A stretch of DNA of 64,000 nucleotides from Octopus sinensis (GCF_006345805.1 NC_043011.1:38638464-38702463), one strand, 5' to 3'. Positions 27,170-41,456 are shown, counted from the first letter of the stretch. Notes: generated by a model not told the origin, from the sequence alone. A program made the numbers and translations.

Positions 27170-27799
27170 GAGTGAGAGAGCAGTGCATGCCATCAAAGTG
27201 ACACTGGAGTAAAATGTACGAAGCCCAGTATACCCATCATGAATACCTGTCTGATAAGAGTACACCAGGTACATGCATCACAACCATATATGCGTGACAT
27301 GGTTTCATATCAAGATAAACAGCACATGACCTTACAGGTGGACCCCAATTACAATTTTTTTTCTGGTCGAATAGCCCATCCCGCTCAAAAGGATTGTTTA
27401 AGGATGCTGAACGTACCACCCATGTTTCCAAAGGTGAATTATCTAGACCTCAAAGAATCCCTCTCAACACATGGCTATGATGCTCCCCCATTACTTCTGC
27501 TCCTGATCAGAGATGCACATATCGTCAGCCACTAAGGGACAAGCTCAACTGGTTAAGGTTAAACAAATGACCAGCAAATCTTTGGCATTGAGCAGAATAT
27601 TTGCTGTAGCACATTTTTTATACCAAGACAAAACAATGTACACGATAACACTTCCAATCAGTTAAGATCAGAAACCATGAGAGCCGCTGTCTGGTACAGC
27701 ATCAAGGCATAGAAACTGCCTGGTACTGCATCAGGGCATAGAAAATGCCTAGTACTGCATCAAGCCATAGCCACTGCCTGGTACTGCATCAGGGCATTT
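27170..27799 (-). mobile_element. Unclassified non-coding element in (TAA)n, copy 1
   Basis: Highly similar to 56057-56598; both are flanked by (ATT)n. A ~29-bp end unit is repeated 4 times. Strand is inferred. Confidence 0.75.
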
Positions 27800-27813
27800 A
27801 TTATTATTATAGA

Positions 27814-27874
<61 letters not shown>

Positions 27875-27875
27875 T

Positions 27876-27910
<35 letters not shown>

Positions 27911-27923
27911 GCTATTGTTATTA

Positions 27924-28040
27924 TTCAGTAGTTTTATTTTTATAGCGTGCTTTCACTTCACTACCGAGCGCAGCTCTGTGTGCCTTGGGTATGTGCTGAA
28001 ATTTGTTGTGATGCTCTGATGGTTATTGTATGGAAAGGGT
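27924..28040 (-). mobile_element. Dong-like 3' tail fragment (same family as 25678)
   Basis: ttcagtagttttatttttatagcgtgctttcacttcactaccgagcgcagc..; flanked by (ATT)n. Confidence 0.85.
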
Positions 28041-28106
28041 TTACTATTATTATTATTATTGTTGCTGTTGTTGTTGTTGTTGTCGTCATCATCATCATTA
28101 TTATTA

Positions 28107-28155
<49 letters not shown>

Positions 28156-28458
28156 ATTATTATTATTGTTGTTGTTGTTATTATTATTATTATCATTATT
28201 ATTATTTGCCGAGAAAATCTCGATGTGAAATGAAAGCAGTATTCACGGTAACAAGTAGTGCTTAACGCCACCTCACTGCTATTGTTCCCTAGGAATCGAC
28301 TATACTGCCATTTTAACTCCCGGGGGACACCTACTCTAGCTTGTTATGATTCTTATACAAGGATGTTGTTCACAGAAACTTTCAAGTTTCGGGCGGCTAA
28401 ACCATTATTGGGGACAATGTATATATGTATGCATGTGTGTGTATGTGTGTGTGCGTGC

Positions 28459-28491
<33 letters not shown>

Positions 28492-28713
28492 TGTGTGTGT
28501 AGACGAGGGGCTGCTGCAAACTTCCTTGCTTTGTGTAAAAGAAAATGCAGGAGGATCAGTCAATTATGATTCTATTCAACAAATTCCCCTCTCAGGTTGA
28601 CACACTCATTGCAGTGGGCCTTCAGTTTTACTGAACCCTGTAAAATAACTCAGAATTTTGAGCCTCCAGTCAGGCCCTTCGCAATACCCTTAAACTCCAA
28701 AACACTTCAGCAC

Positions 28714-28783
<70 letters not shown>

Positions 28784-28891
28784 GTATATATAAATATGTG
28801 TGTGTCTATATATATATTTGTATATATATATATAAATAAATACATATATGCATATCTATCTATCTATCTATCTATATATATATATATATAT

Positions 28892-29952
28892 ATATGTTAA
28901 TAAAATAGAATATATGCATATATATAAACATATATGTACGTACCTACCTCTACATGTACATATACACGCATATATGTGTACAGGACACCAAAAAGACGTC
29001 GAACACATAGAGAGACGAAACACATAGACACAAACCAAGGAACAAGACAAGCAAAAAAAAAAGGAGAGATACAGGACAATAAGCACAACGAAAAATCCCC
29101 TTCTTCAGTCGCTAAGATTTCATCTACTAAACGTTTCGAAGGATAAAAGCGAGACGTATACTTCGAAGAAAAATTCCTTCCCGCGAAAAGCAAATCAATT
29201 AAAATTCTGAGATCTTTTCGCAGAGGGGTAAAAAAAAGCAAGACGGTAACGACAGTACAAACATATAAACAGTAAAAAATATATATATAAACAGTGGAAA
29301 AATAAATATATAACAGTGAGAGACAGGAGAAGGAGAACAAGATAAGAAGGGCTGTTAACGCCAGACGAAAAAAGTATTGCAAACGCTGGATTATCGTGGA
29401 AGACGAGAGAGGGAAAATTTGTCGACCAGAAGCCTTACAAGGCGGGCGAGAAAAGACAGGATAGCAGTTACGACGGAAGTATCGTCGCAGATGGATGACG
29501 GGAATGGGGGAGGAGGAGCAAGAGGAAGAGAGAGAAGAAGGGGAATGGTGCGAGGAGATCATGAAGAATGGTGAAAGGGAGAGAGAGAATGAAGAATGAG
29601 AGAGAGAGGAAGAGACAAGTTAAGTGAGGGAAAAAAAGACGAAAAAGGGAATGGGAGAGAAAGAAAGAAAGATGCAGAGTCGCGTGAGAGTTAATATCAA
29701 GGCTAACTTGATAAACAGAACAATCTTACTTAATAGGGTGCGTGCGTTTAGTCGTATAATATGTTAATAAAATAGAATATATGCATATATATAAACATAT
29801 ATGTACGTACCTACCTCTACATGTACATATACACGCATATATGTGTACAGGACACCAAAAAGACGTCGAACACATAGAGAGACGAAACACATAGACACAA
29901 ACCAAGGAACAAGACAAGCAAAAAAAAAAGGAGAGATACAGGACAATAAGCA
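28892..29952. repeat. Identical 194-bp direct repeats (28892-29085, 29759-29952) flanking ~670 bp
   Basis: Read base by base with no differences, including an A10 run. Confidence 0.9.
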
Positions 29953-30558
29953 AGGTATGGCTGTTTGATTAACATGTTGACTTCTTGGTTTCATGGTTAA
30001 CTCCTCAGCGCAGCACATTCAAAAAGTGTCTTATAGAATAGCCCCCAGCGGCCCGATGTCTTGGAAAAGAATTTCATAAGCGAAAACTGTTTTGAAGCAT
30101 GTCTTATAAATATATACGACTAAGTTAGTGCTTGCATCTTCGACTGCAATCGTTTGACACTTAGTTCAGTAAAATGATCCTGGGAGATTATACGAGCTGA
30201 AAGTAAACAGCAGTATCCATTTCTGCAGCCAAATAGGTCAAAGTGTTTCCTGAAAGTGAGCTGCAAGCAATCCGTAGAAAATATAGAAAAACAACTTTCA
30301 GGAACAAATGTTGACTACTGGAGCGGAAACTTGTGTATTTTTCCCGTACCGAAGTACGATGAGCTGAAAAATATCAACTAAAATTACGCTCTTGTGTCTT
30401 TCTCCGCCACAACATATGAATCAGACAGAAAGAAGTGATAGATGAATAAGGAAGGGGTGGTGGCAAACTCGGTAGTGGGATGATGGAAGTTCTACGGTGA
30501 AAAAAAAAAAAAAACAGCATTTCAACTCGGTGTGTGTATATGTAAAATGGGAGTCACG

Positions 30559-30597
<39 letters not shown>

Positions 30598-31003
30598 AAT
30601 AGAAGTGGGATGGTGAACAGTCAACGCTGAAAAGAAAAATCAAACAGAAAGGAAATCAAACAGCGTTTCAACTCTGTGTGAGTATATGTGTGTATGTGTG
30701 TGCGTGTACAAAGGTAATATATGATTGCTTGTATGTGTGAGCCAGCGTTCTTTCAGTAACAAACGATGATCGACGTCACATCTCAAAAGACAACCACTAG
30801 ATAAGACTGACAAGTGTATTAATTTAATTTCCCATCCATATTTATATGTAGAATACTAACATTAGCTATAAATTTTTACGGCACGGGACCAGCTACTTAT
30901 ATTATATTTCACGGTTGACAGCCTGGGTTGCCAAGTATGTAAATAAAAATCCAAGAGTTAAAGAATGGTGTACTCCATTCCTTAAGTCTCGGATCTTTAC
31001 ATA

Positions 31004-31421
31004 TACTCTTTACTCTTTACTCTTTTACTTGTTTCAGTCACTTGACTGCGGCCATGCTGGAGCACCGCCTTTAGTCGAGCAAATCGACCCCGGGACTTAT
31101 TCTTTGTAAGCCCAGTACTTATTCTATCGGTCTCTTTCGCCGAACCGCTAAGTGACGGGGACGTAAACACATCAGCATCGGTTGTCAAGCAATGCTAGAG
31201 GGACAAACACAGACACACAAACACATATACACACACATATATATATATACATATATACGACAGGCTTCTTTCAGTTTCCGTCTACCAAATCCACTCACAA
31301 GGCATTGGTCGGCCCGGGGCTATAGCAGAAGACACTTGCCCAAGGTGCCACTCAGTGGGACTGAACCCGGAACCATGTGGTTGGTTAGCAAGCTACTTAC
31401 CACACAGCCACTCCTGCGCCT
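31004..31421 (-). mobile_element. SINE-A copy, well conserved
   Basis: Head aggcgcaggagtggctgtgtggtaag, B-box-like ggttcagtccc, CR1-like tail. Confidence 0.9.
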
Positions 31422-31439
31422 ATATATATATCCTTTTAT

Positions 31440-31958
31440 TCTTTTATATATGTTTCAGTCCAATGACTGTGGCCATGCTGGAGCACCGCCATTGTGATGA
31501 TCTTTCCACTTTCCACCTTTGTCCGAGCGGCTTTTGGTGAAGGATGGAGTTCGATGCTACTGCCCTCTTTTGAGTTTCTTGCATCCGGGATCTCGGCGAG
31601 CCAGAGGTCAAGTTCACGTTTGAAAATGTCTGCATCCACTCTACTGACGCTCCTTAGATGCCTCGGTAGACATTTGAACAGCTGTGGGCCCTTGAAACAC
31701 AAGCTAGTGCAGAATATCGTCCTTCCCCGAGATGAAGCAGTCGGCATAGTGGTGACAGCGAAGGGACGTCCTGTTTATTCCAAAGTTTGGTACCAGTCCT
31801 TCCATATATATATATCATTGCATAACTATCCTGCCTTCGTTCCAGGGCATAGAGTCGTAGCTCTGTCAATCTGTCCCAGTTATTCAGTCGTTCCATTGAT
31901 GCAATTTTCTTTGTGCAATGTTGTTGGACTGCCTCAAGCTCTGCTATCGTCCTTGCAG
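31440..31958 (-). mobile_element. CR1/L2-group LINE 3' fragment
   Basis: NNWDRLTELRLYALERRQDSYAMIYI and FKGPQLFKCLPRHLR..FKRELDLWLAEIPD, homologous to the C-terminus at 15817..16509; same 3' tail. Confidence 0.85.
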
Positions 31959-32508
31959 TACATATATATATATATATATATATAACAGTACAACAGACTT
32001 CACTTTCTGTCTACCAAATCCACTCACAAGGCTTTGGTAGGCCCGAGGGTATAACAGAAGAGATTTGCTCAAGGTGCCACGCAGTGGGATTGAAACAGAA
32101 ACCATGTAGCTGGGAAGCAAACTTCTTATCACACAGCTACACGAGTGCCTATAATAAATTACTTTGCATGCCTGCATAAATATGCATGCTACATTTCCCG
32201 CAGTACTTCATGTTTAAACCAATGTTTAACTATGGTGATCTGAACAGCTAGCCTTCTATATCTGCATCGATTTGTAAATCAATCTGATCATGGCTTAGCC
32301 CAAAACATTGAACTCTCTGTCAACAGCATTCTTGTATAAGAATAATGAATTTGTAGTCTTCAAACTTACAGAATAACCAATCAGAGTAATGTAAAATTGT
32401 TTTTATTATAGCCGAATATGAAAAAACATTAGTATGTATGTATGTGTGTATGTATGTTTATGTTTGTAGGCGTAGGAGTGGCTGTGTGGTATGTATGTTT
32501 ATGTACGT

Positions 32509-32672
32509 AGGCGCAGGAGTGGTTGTGCGGTAAGTAGCTTGCTTACGAACCACATGGTTCCGGGTTCAGTGCCACTGCGTGACACCTTGGCCAATTGTCT
32601 TCTACTACACCCTCGGGCTGACCAAAGCCTTGTGAGTGGATTTGTTAGACGGAAACTAAAAGAAACCCATCG

Positions 32673-32707
<35 letters not shown>

Positions 32708-32734
32708 TATATATACGATGGGTTTATATATATA

Positions 32735-32809
<75 letters not shown>

Positions 32810-32823
32810 GTGTGTGTGTGTGT

Positions 32824-32856
<33 letters not shown>

Positions 32857-33066
32857 TTGTGTGTCTGTGTTTGTACTCCCAACATGGCTTCACACCGATG
32901 CTTGTGTGTGTACATCCTCCTAACTTAGCGGTTCGGCAAAAGAGACCGATAGAATAATTACTAGGCTTACAAAGAATAAGTCCTGCGGTCCATTTACTCG
33001 ACTAAAGGTGGTGCTCCAGCATAGCCACAGTCACATGAGTGAAACAAGTAAAAGAGTAAAAGAGTA
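32509..33066 (+). mobile_element. SINE-A copy with expanded internal microsatellite and partial head duplication (32468-32490)
   Basis: Homology to other SINE-A copies. Confidence 0.9.
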
Positions 33067-34619
33067 ATATGTATGCATGTATGAATGTATATATGTATAT
33101 TTATATGATGTTGTGTGCGCGTGTGAGTGTGTGTAAAACACGAGTAATAAAAACCTTTATATTGCACAGCAGTGCTTTTAACAACAAAACTAGAGTTGCT
33201 GCAATCGCTGGTAATTCTTCCATTTCTGTCTGCGAGGTCAAAATCCTATCGGTCAGGCATGCTTTTTTTATTTTTATTTGATATTCTTTCCTAATACTCT
33301 CTGAAAGTATGTTTGCTTTGCTTATGCTGTTGTTTTGTTTCTTTTTTTTTCATATATTTATTTACCAGTTCCATTCCAAAGATTACATGTATTTTATTCT
33401 TTTATCTTTGAATTAATCCAGTTCTTGGACTGCGACCATGCTACAGCACCGCCCTGAAGACTTGAGACGAACAAATTCACCCAAGTATTTACACAATCTT
33501 TTTAAAACTCAAGAATTTATTCTTTCGGGGTTCTTTGTTTTTGCCAAATCGCTATGTTACGGCGGCGTAAACAAACCAACATTGGCTATCAAGCAGTGGG
33601 AGAGGATAACAGACACAAACACAAAGCCATATCCACGTACATATATACATACACATATATATATGTAGATATGTGTATACACACCTACATATATAAGCAT
33701 GTGTGTATATATATACATACATATAAATACTATATATATATATATGCATATATACATATATACATATATACATACATATATACATGTATACATATATACA
33801 TATATACATACATATATACAAATATATATGTATATATACATACTAAATACAAGTATACATACATGCATGCACACATACATACATATATACATGCATACAT
33901 ACATACATACATACATACATACATACATACATACATACATACATACATACATACATACATACACGTATATGGAAGGCTTCTGCACTGATCCCGTTCCCAA
34001 ATTCATTCACACTTATAAATAAGTACCTCGCTTTACAACCATGTAATTTGTGGTTTACCCCGCTGTTTTGCACTTAAGCAAGTATGTTAAATGTGGGACA
34101 TTCTCACAATTATGTTTAGTTCTATAGATTGTATATAGAATTTAGAGTCAGCACTGCAAGTTACAGCGTTTTGTATACGAATACATCCATGTAGACAATG
34201 CGATCAAAGATAGAGAAAAAAAGTAATAGTTGTACATACATATTTCAATAGTCATTGCTCTTTCATCAGAACCAGAACCAAACCGCAACCCATTTGTGAA
34301 CGCATTGCTGAAATACCCACTAAGGTTTGTTTTAATATACTTCGATGTATATTATGGTTACAAAACGAAATGCTGAGTCCTTGATAGCAATTAATACGTA
34401 CGTAGACGTGGGCAAGAATGTGGCCATGCTGGGGCACAGCCTTTAGCGAGCAAATCGACTCCAGGACTATATATATATATGTATATAAGTTCAGCAAAAT
34501 TTAGATTCAAATGAATATGGTACTTAAGTTAGATGCACCAGAATTTTGTATGGTGTTATCCATATAAATCCACGGGGTGATTATAATCAAAATAAACAAC
34601 AAGTATATCTTCGGTAATT

Positions 34620-34703
34620 TGGTACGATCGTTTCACGCTCCATCATTTTATTAAACATTGTAAGTATTACAGCAGTTTTAAAATGTTGAGCAATCATCAG
34701 CCA
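34620..34703 (-). ncRNA. Type I hammerhead motif with intact core and extended stem II
   Basis: tgg-CTGATGA-ttgctc..aacatt..aatgtt..gagcgt-GAAA-cgatcg-TA-cca. Palindromic ACGATCGT stem III, GUA site, 3-bp stem I. Confidence 0.6.
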
Positions 34704-35551
34704 TTTATAGATGTTTTCCATTGATACATATAGATATTTTCATATTAATTGATAACATTATAAAGACGGTAGATATATAGACAGAGATGTTGATTTGAAT
34801 TTTAAGAACATTAAGGTTATATAATTTATCTTCTGACTGAAGAATATTCTTTAAGTTATTTTGAACTGCTAGATGGTGGGGAAGGATATTCAGTTGAATG
34901 GAGACAAAAGAGATTTTCTATTTATAGAAGTAGGTAGGGCTGAAATAAATGTCAGAAGTTATTCCTTAAGAAATTAAAGTAGAAAGGGGATTCTACTTTA
35001 GCCTTAGATGCTGTTTATTGCTATTTGGCAAAAAGGATTTTGTATCAAGAAAACTATATGTATATAGAATGGTTGTATACTGTCAATCAAACAAGAACGT
35101 GACAGTAGGGGGTACACCACCGTTGTATAGCCCTAGGAGGCATCGAACGCATCCTGACAGCTTCGACACATTTTTCCCTGTGTCCTTATATACATATATG
35201 AAGGGGAGACAAACACCCCCGGCCGTCGGAACTGCATCTAGGGACACCGTGTTTCAGGATCATTGTCCTTCATCGGCCTATGGGGGGGATATATATATAT
35301 ATATCATTTATATATAAAGAGAGAGAGGGGGAAGAGATAGACAGACAGATAGATAGAGTGATTGATAGGTAAATACATATATACATGCACACACATACGC
35401 GCACATATAAATACACACGTATATATATACATATATATATATAAGTGTATGCGTGTGCATATGTTTTATGCGCGTGTTCGTGTGTGTGTCCATGCATGTG
35501 TGTGTGTCAATGTTTGTGTGTGTGTCGCTGTGTGTATGTGTGTGTATATGT

Positions 35552-35592
<41 letters not shown>

Positions 35593-36705
35593 TTTTTGTT
35601 TCTTTTGGGCCCTGCCACACCGCTTCACAAACGATGTTGTTCGACGTTTCGGCAAATGACACAGACAGAATTAGCACCAAACTTAACAACAACAACAAAA
35701 ACAAAAAATATGTACAAGGTTTTATTTGGTCGATAAAACGTTGAAAGGTGATGATGCCCCAGTATAGGCGTAATCCAGGTGACTGAAATAAGTAAAAAAT
35801 AACAAAAAACGAAATACAAAAATAAAAAAAGAACACAATATCGATGTCTAGATTTTAGCAATATTTACCAAGAATAAGAAATATATGAAGGAAGGAAGAG
35901 AAACAAAATTCGACAGACATAACAACAGACCGTTCACAGAAAATAATTGGTTATTTAGATAAAGAAAAAATGGGACAGAGAAGTTATATGTTGTGGCTAC
36001 GCGTGTGTGTTTGTGGGTAGGTAAGGAGAGAGTAGATGACTTTTAGTAGGGTATGGATTACATTAAGTGGAAGTTAGTTTTTCTTGCTAATTGAAATGTT
36101 GTTTTGCTTTATTTACAATAATACTGCGGTAATGTTAAAGTCAATTTAGGAAATTATAGCGACATGTTTTGCCAAATATTTCCGATGCTTTATTTTTTAA
36201 AAACTTTCGCGAACTGTTTACCTCCTTTTCGTACGTATGTATATGTGTTTCTAAGTATATATGAGTTTATATATATACATATATATATATATATATGTGT
36301 GTGTGTATGTGTGTGGTGTGTGTGTATAAGTATATATGTGTTGTAAGTATATATATACACGTGTACATAGGTATTATGCGCGTGTTCTTCGTGTGTGTGA
36401 GTGCGTGTGTGTGTTGTCTGGGAGATTTTCTTATGGTAGAGAAATTAAAGTGGAAAGTGGAAAGGGGATTCTACTTTAGCCTTAGATGCTATTACCTTAA
36501 TGTGTGTAGTGGCTACAATAATAATAAAGGTAAAATTAATTAATTAAGTAATAATTAATAATTTTACCAAGTAGTTCGGTATGTTAAAAGAACCATTATC
36601 GGTAAACTTATACAAACATTTTTTATAAATATGAGTATAATTATAATTAGGGTTCAGCAGTATCATTGTAAATAAAGCAAAACAAAATTTGCATCATCAC
36701 ACATA

Positions 36706-36767
<62 letters not shown>

Positions 36768-36984
36768 GTGAGTGCGAAAATAAATTTAAATCATATAAAT
36801 AAGGATAAGATCATTAATTTAAAATAAAATAAAAATTTTATCAAGTGATCAGCATTGAAAAAATAACTTTCAAAGGTAATAATTATTAAAATTACACCCT
36901 AATTTATAATTTTATATACATATATATATATCACTTTCTCTCTTTCTCTGAATGATTAAGCTCTCATGTCGTCTCTAACACCAA

Positions 36985-37043
<59 letters not shown>

Positions 37044-38059
37044 TTCTCTCTATCTCCCCTATATCTCTTTCTCTCTAGGATCTCTTCCGTCTCAATTCTC
37101 ACATCACTTTCTGTATCTTTCATAAACTCTGAATGCTCCTTTCACCCTTTTCTTTCCCATCGCCATCTTTTTACTTCGTTTTACTTCGTTTTCGCTTCCC
37201 GTGGACACCGCATTACTTTATTTCTTTTTCCGAGATTTTCCGAGATTTTTGCCCGAAATTTTATACATTTTTACCCCCACACAACAACTAAACTCCCGAG
37301 TTCCCAAGTTTTACCAAATTTCTTTACTTTGCTGATGTCTTCAGTACCTCTTTGCCACACTGTAGCTAGAGTGAGTGCCGCCAGAGACAACCCTAGCGTT
37401 TCAACTCCTCCCTCAAAATATAATTCTACGACAGACTTAAAAGTGTCGCCCCCATAAAAATGCCATACGGAAAGCAGCGCCCTCATCTGCCTCAACTGCT
37501 TGTTACTCAACAGTTACAACGAGATTAATAATTTTAATAATTTTTACATGATACTCGTTAACTCAAGGTTTGTACCTCTCTTATCCCGAAAGCATCAAAT
37601 TGTTATCCGTGTGAACGACAGTAAATTTGCGTATTAAACAGTTACACTCCTTTTTTTATATCCCTGCCGCAATTTAGCTGAACACGGTCTATAATTATAT
37701 ATGAAGGAATCTGTAGGTGATTGAAATCAGAGGAGAAAATCGATCGATCAATATAACGAATGTTAAACTGTCTCGCAAGAAAATGGATTAACTAATTATC
37801 CTTTTAGACTGGGTTTACTGCTCAACATTCTAACCAATTAAAAAGGGTATTTTTGCGTGTTATTCAATAAACGTTTGTAAAAATATCAACCTACGTGTTC
37901 TATTTGTACTGTTTATATTAATTTGTCTTTATCAGCGTTAGAATTATTATAATTATTCGTGCTGCATTCCTAAATGGGGCAATTAAAGCTGGGTCCATTA
38001 TAGTTGTATTTATGACCAGACTGATCTATTAATTTTAAGATTTCTGCAAGCATTAACGT

Positions 38060-38085
38060 AAATAAGCATAATAATGATGATAATG

Positions 38086-38133
<48 letters not shown>

Positions 38134-38198
38134 TAATAATAATAATAATAATAATAACAATAATAATAATAATGATAATAACAATAATAATAATAATG

Positions 38199-38252
<54 letters not shown>

Positions 38253-38270
38253 GCAATAATAATAATAATA
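38060..38270. repeat. (AAT)n microsatellite with no visible Dong insertion
   Basis: Direct reading. Confidence 0.95.
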
Positions 38271-38842
38271 AAACTCTATTAATAACGTCAATTTTTCACT
38301 CACATAAATTCACGTCCTATGTGATTATCTCATTTAACAGTGTTGTAATCTTTCAGCATTTTTGGCTTCTTCAATTAATATTTCTATTTCAATCAACCTT
38401 CATTATACGTCCTCATTTCATATTTACAAAACGATGTTTTTTTTCTAAAAGTCTGTTATTACACAGTTAATTTTGGATATTGGTAAAGCAAACTAATTTT
38501 AAAAAAAAACAAAAACAAAAAAAAGAACAACAACAAAAACGCAAATTAAATATTTCCAAATGATAATATTTCTTGAATGAATTTGTTTTGGCGTCACTTT
38601 TTATTTTCCTGGGGGGAAAGAAAAGCATCGCTATTATGATGGCTGCCCAGATTGAGATACTTCGTCTTAAATATAACATATTTCCTTCTAAACCAATTTA
38701 TCATCAGTTGTTTGGTCTTGTGAGTTTACCATATTTTCTACATACACACACATAGTAAAAGAAAGGGAGAGAATTTCGATTATTCCCATGCGGTGATTAG
38801 CAATACAATATATATATATGTGTGTGTGTATGAGTGTATTTA

Positions 38843-38885
<43 letters not shown>

Positions 38886-38928
38886 ATATATATATACATA
38901 CATATATATAATATATATATAATATATA

Positions 38929-39003
<75 letters not shown>

Positions 39004-39396
39004 AGAAGAAAGAAAAAGCACGTTTTACATAATTTTAGTATATTTTAAAGGATAAAGTTTCGCTACTCATGACATTGCAATTATTGTGATTTCGTATTTT
39101 CTTAAAAAGATTTTAGTCCATGTCGTCGTATGAAAGTTTGTGAATGAATCAACAGTTAGAAAAATGCAATGGGAGGTAGTTGGTGATAGCTTCACGTCTT
39201 AAGAGAATACGAGATCACGATAATTTCAATGTCATGATTAGCGAAACGCGAACCGGTCGGCTACCACAATACCTTACTATTCAAACTATATTAAAACTAC
39301 GTAAACCGTGTCCATTTTCCTTCATTCATTTTATATATACATATATATATATATATATACTTGCACACATACATACATATATACATACATACATAA

Positions 39397-39427
<31 letters not shown>

Positions 39428-39801
39428 CATAAAAAAGCACCCTGTTGTTGATGTTGAAATTCCAATGAAGGAGCTTTGAACCTAGGTTAGAAACTGGCTG
39501 TTTAATGGCAAAGAATCTTGAAATTAAACTGAACAATTACATACAAACTTACATGCATACATGCATACATGCATACATACATACATACATACATGCATGC
39601 ATACATGCAAACATACATACATACATACATACATACATACATACATACATAAATACACACATACATACATACATACAAATAGAGACAGAAAAATGGAGAG
39701 AAACAACGAATCTGAATTAACTTCCATGTTGAACTGATAATTCAGACACGTTTGCTTTCTCTCCATTTTCCCTCTCTCTGCACCTATCTTCCCGCCTCTT
39801 T

Positions 39802-39839
39802 TCTTTCTGCAGAAGGGCTTAGGCTTGAAACGGCAAAGA
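39802..39839 (+). ncRNA. Degenerate minimal hammerhead motif
   Basis: tcttt-CTGCAGA-agggcttaggctt-GAAA-cggc-aaaga. Perfect stem I tcttt/aaaga; core and cleavage triplet are mutated. Confidence 0.4.
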
Positions 39840-39881
39840 CTTCTGTTTTACCCTCGTGGATCTTATTGTACGCTATCATTT

Positions 39882-39918
<37 letters not shown>

Positions 39919-40000
39919 TAGCGGTTTCACAAAAGAGAACGATAGAATGGGTACTAGGCTTACAAAAATAACTCGGGGACGATTCGCTGTAAATACATAT

Positions 40001-40455
40001 ATTCTTTTATTCTTTTATTCTCTTACTTGTTTTGGTCATTTGACTGTGGCCATGCTGAAGCATCGACTTGAAGAGTTTCGACAGAAAAATTGATCCCGTA
40101 CTAATTTTTTAATCTGATATTTATTTCGTCAGCAAGTTTGCCGAACCGCTAGGCCAGGGATATGTAAGCGAAACAACACCGGATGTCAAACAGTGGGATC
40201 GCCAAGCAAATGTACAAAGAAACACACCACACACACACACACACACACACCAACACTGATATAGGAATATATGTATATATATGTACACGACGAGCTAAAG
40301 CACATTCCACCGTCAAATTCACTCACAAGATATTGGGCGGTTTGTATGTATTGTAGAAAACACTTATATGTGAAATATGTCCCTTTGTGGAAAAGGGCCT
40401 GAGAAAAGGCCTCTAGCAAAGCACGCTTCTTAACCATATAGCCGTGCCTGCGCCC
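40001..40455 (-). mobile_element. SINE-A copy (diverged)
   Basis: Homology to other SINE-A copies. Confidence 0.75.
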
Positions 40456-41417
40456 AGCCATATATAAAGACAGTTCTGCAATTTCTTGGTGAGCAACCTG
40501 CTTCAATGAGTTGTTTATAGTGCTCAAATGTGCTGTACATTAGCTCACTTCCTCCAGCAGATCGAGGTTATCTGAAGAGGTGCCCGGTGTACCACAGGTC
40601 AGGTGTCGAAATGATCGCAGAGCAACGTGAAATAAAGTGTTTTGCTCAACACACCACACAGCCAAGAAATCGAAACCACATTCTCGTGATATTAAATGCC
40701 ACACATTAACCACTAGACCATCCTCTTGCTCTCTCTCTCTCTCTGTCGCTCTCTCTCTCTCACGCACACACACACACATACATACACACCTACATATATG
40801 CGTGGTTGTATATGTATATATGTTTGTCAATTCCATATATTTAACAACTGACTTCTTCACTAACATCTCATCTCTTCTCTACACTCCATTCATACATCAC
40901 CATTCATCATTCATACATCACTATATATTCATATGTCATAACTATTTTAATGCAATTCTTTCTATGGCCGCCATTTTCTTCTAGTTCATCGAACAGGTTT
41001 TACTCATATTGGATTTTCCGATACCTATTTTTGTATTCCTCTCTGCTTCAAGTTCTGAAAACTAATGTATCCTGTCTATAACTGCTTTGTCATTATAAGC
41101 ATTATAATCTCAATACTTTATTTGCGTGCCATTTTTTTCTAGTTCAACCGGAGTTCAAATTAGAAGAAACTGCATTGATGTAAAACATGGGCAAAGAAAA
41201 TAAAAGTAGAAATATTCCGGACATACTTTTATGAGATTACATATACTTATACAAACATACATACATACATCGATACATGCAACGATACATACATACGTAC
41301 CATATTTATATACATACACACACATCTATCTATCTATCCATCTCTATATCTATCTACCTATCAATCTATCTACCACTCTATCTATCTATGTATGTATCTA
41401 TCTATCTATCTATACAC

Positions 41418-41456
<39 letters not shown>

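Noticed and set aside
27690-27799. ~29-bp unit repeated four times, superficially CRISPR-like
   Set aside because: Units are contiguous with no unique spacers, there are no cas genes, and the context is eukaryotic.
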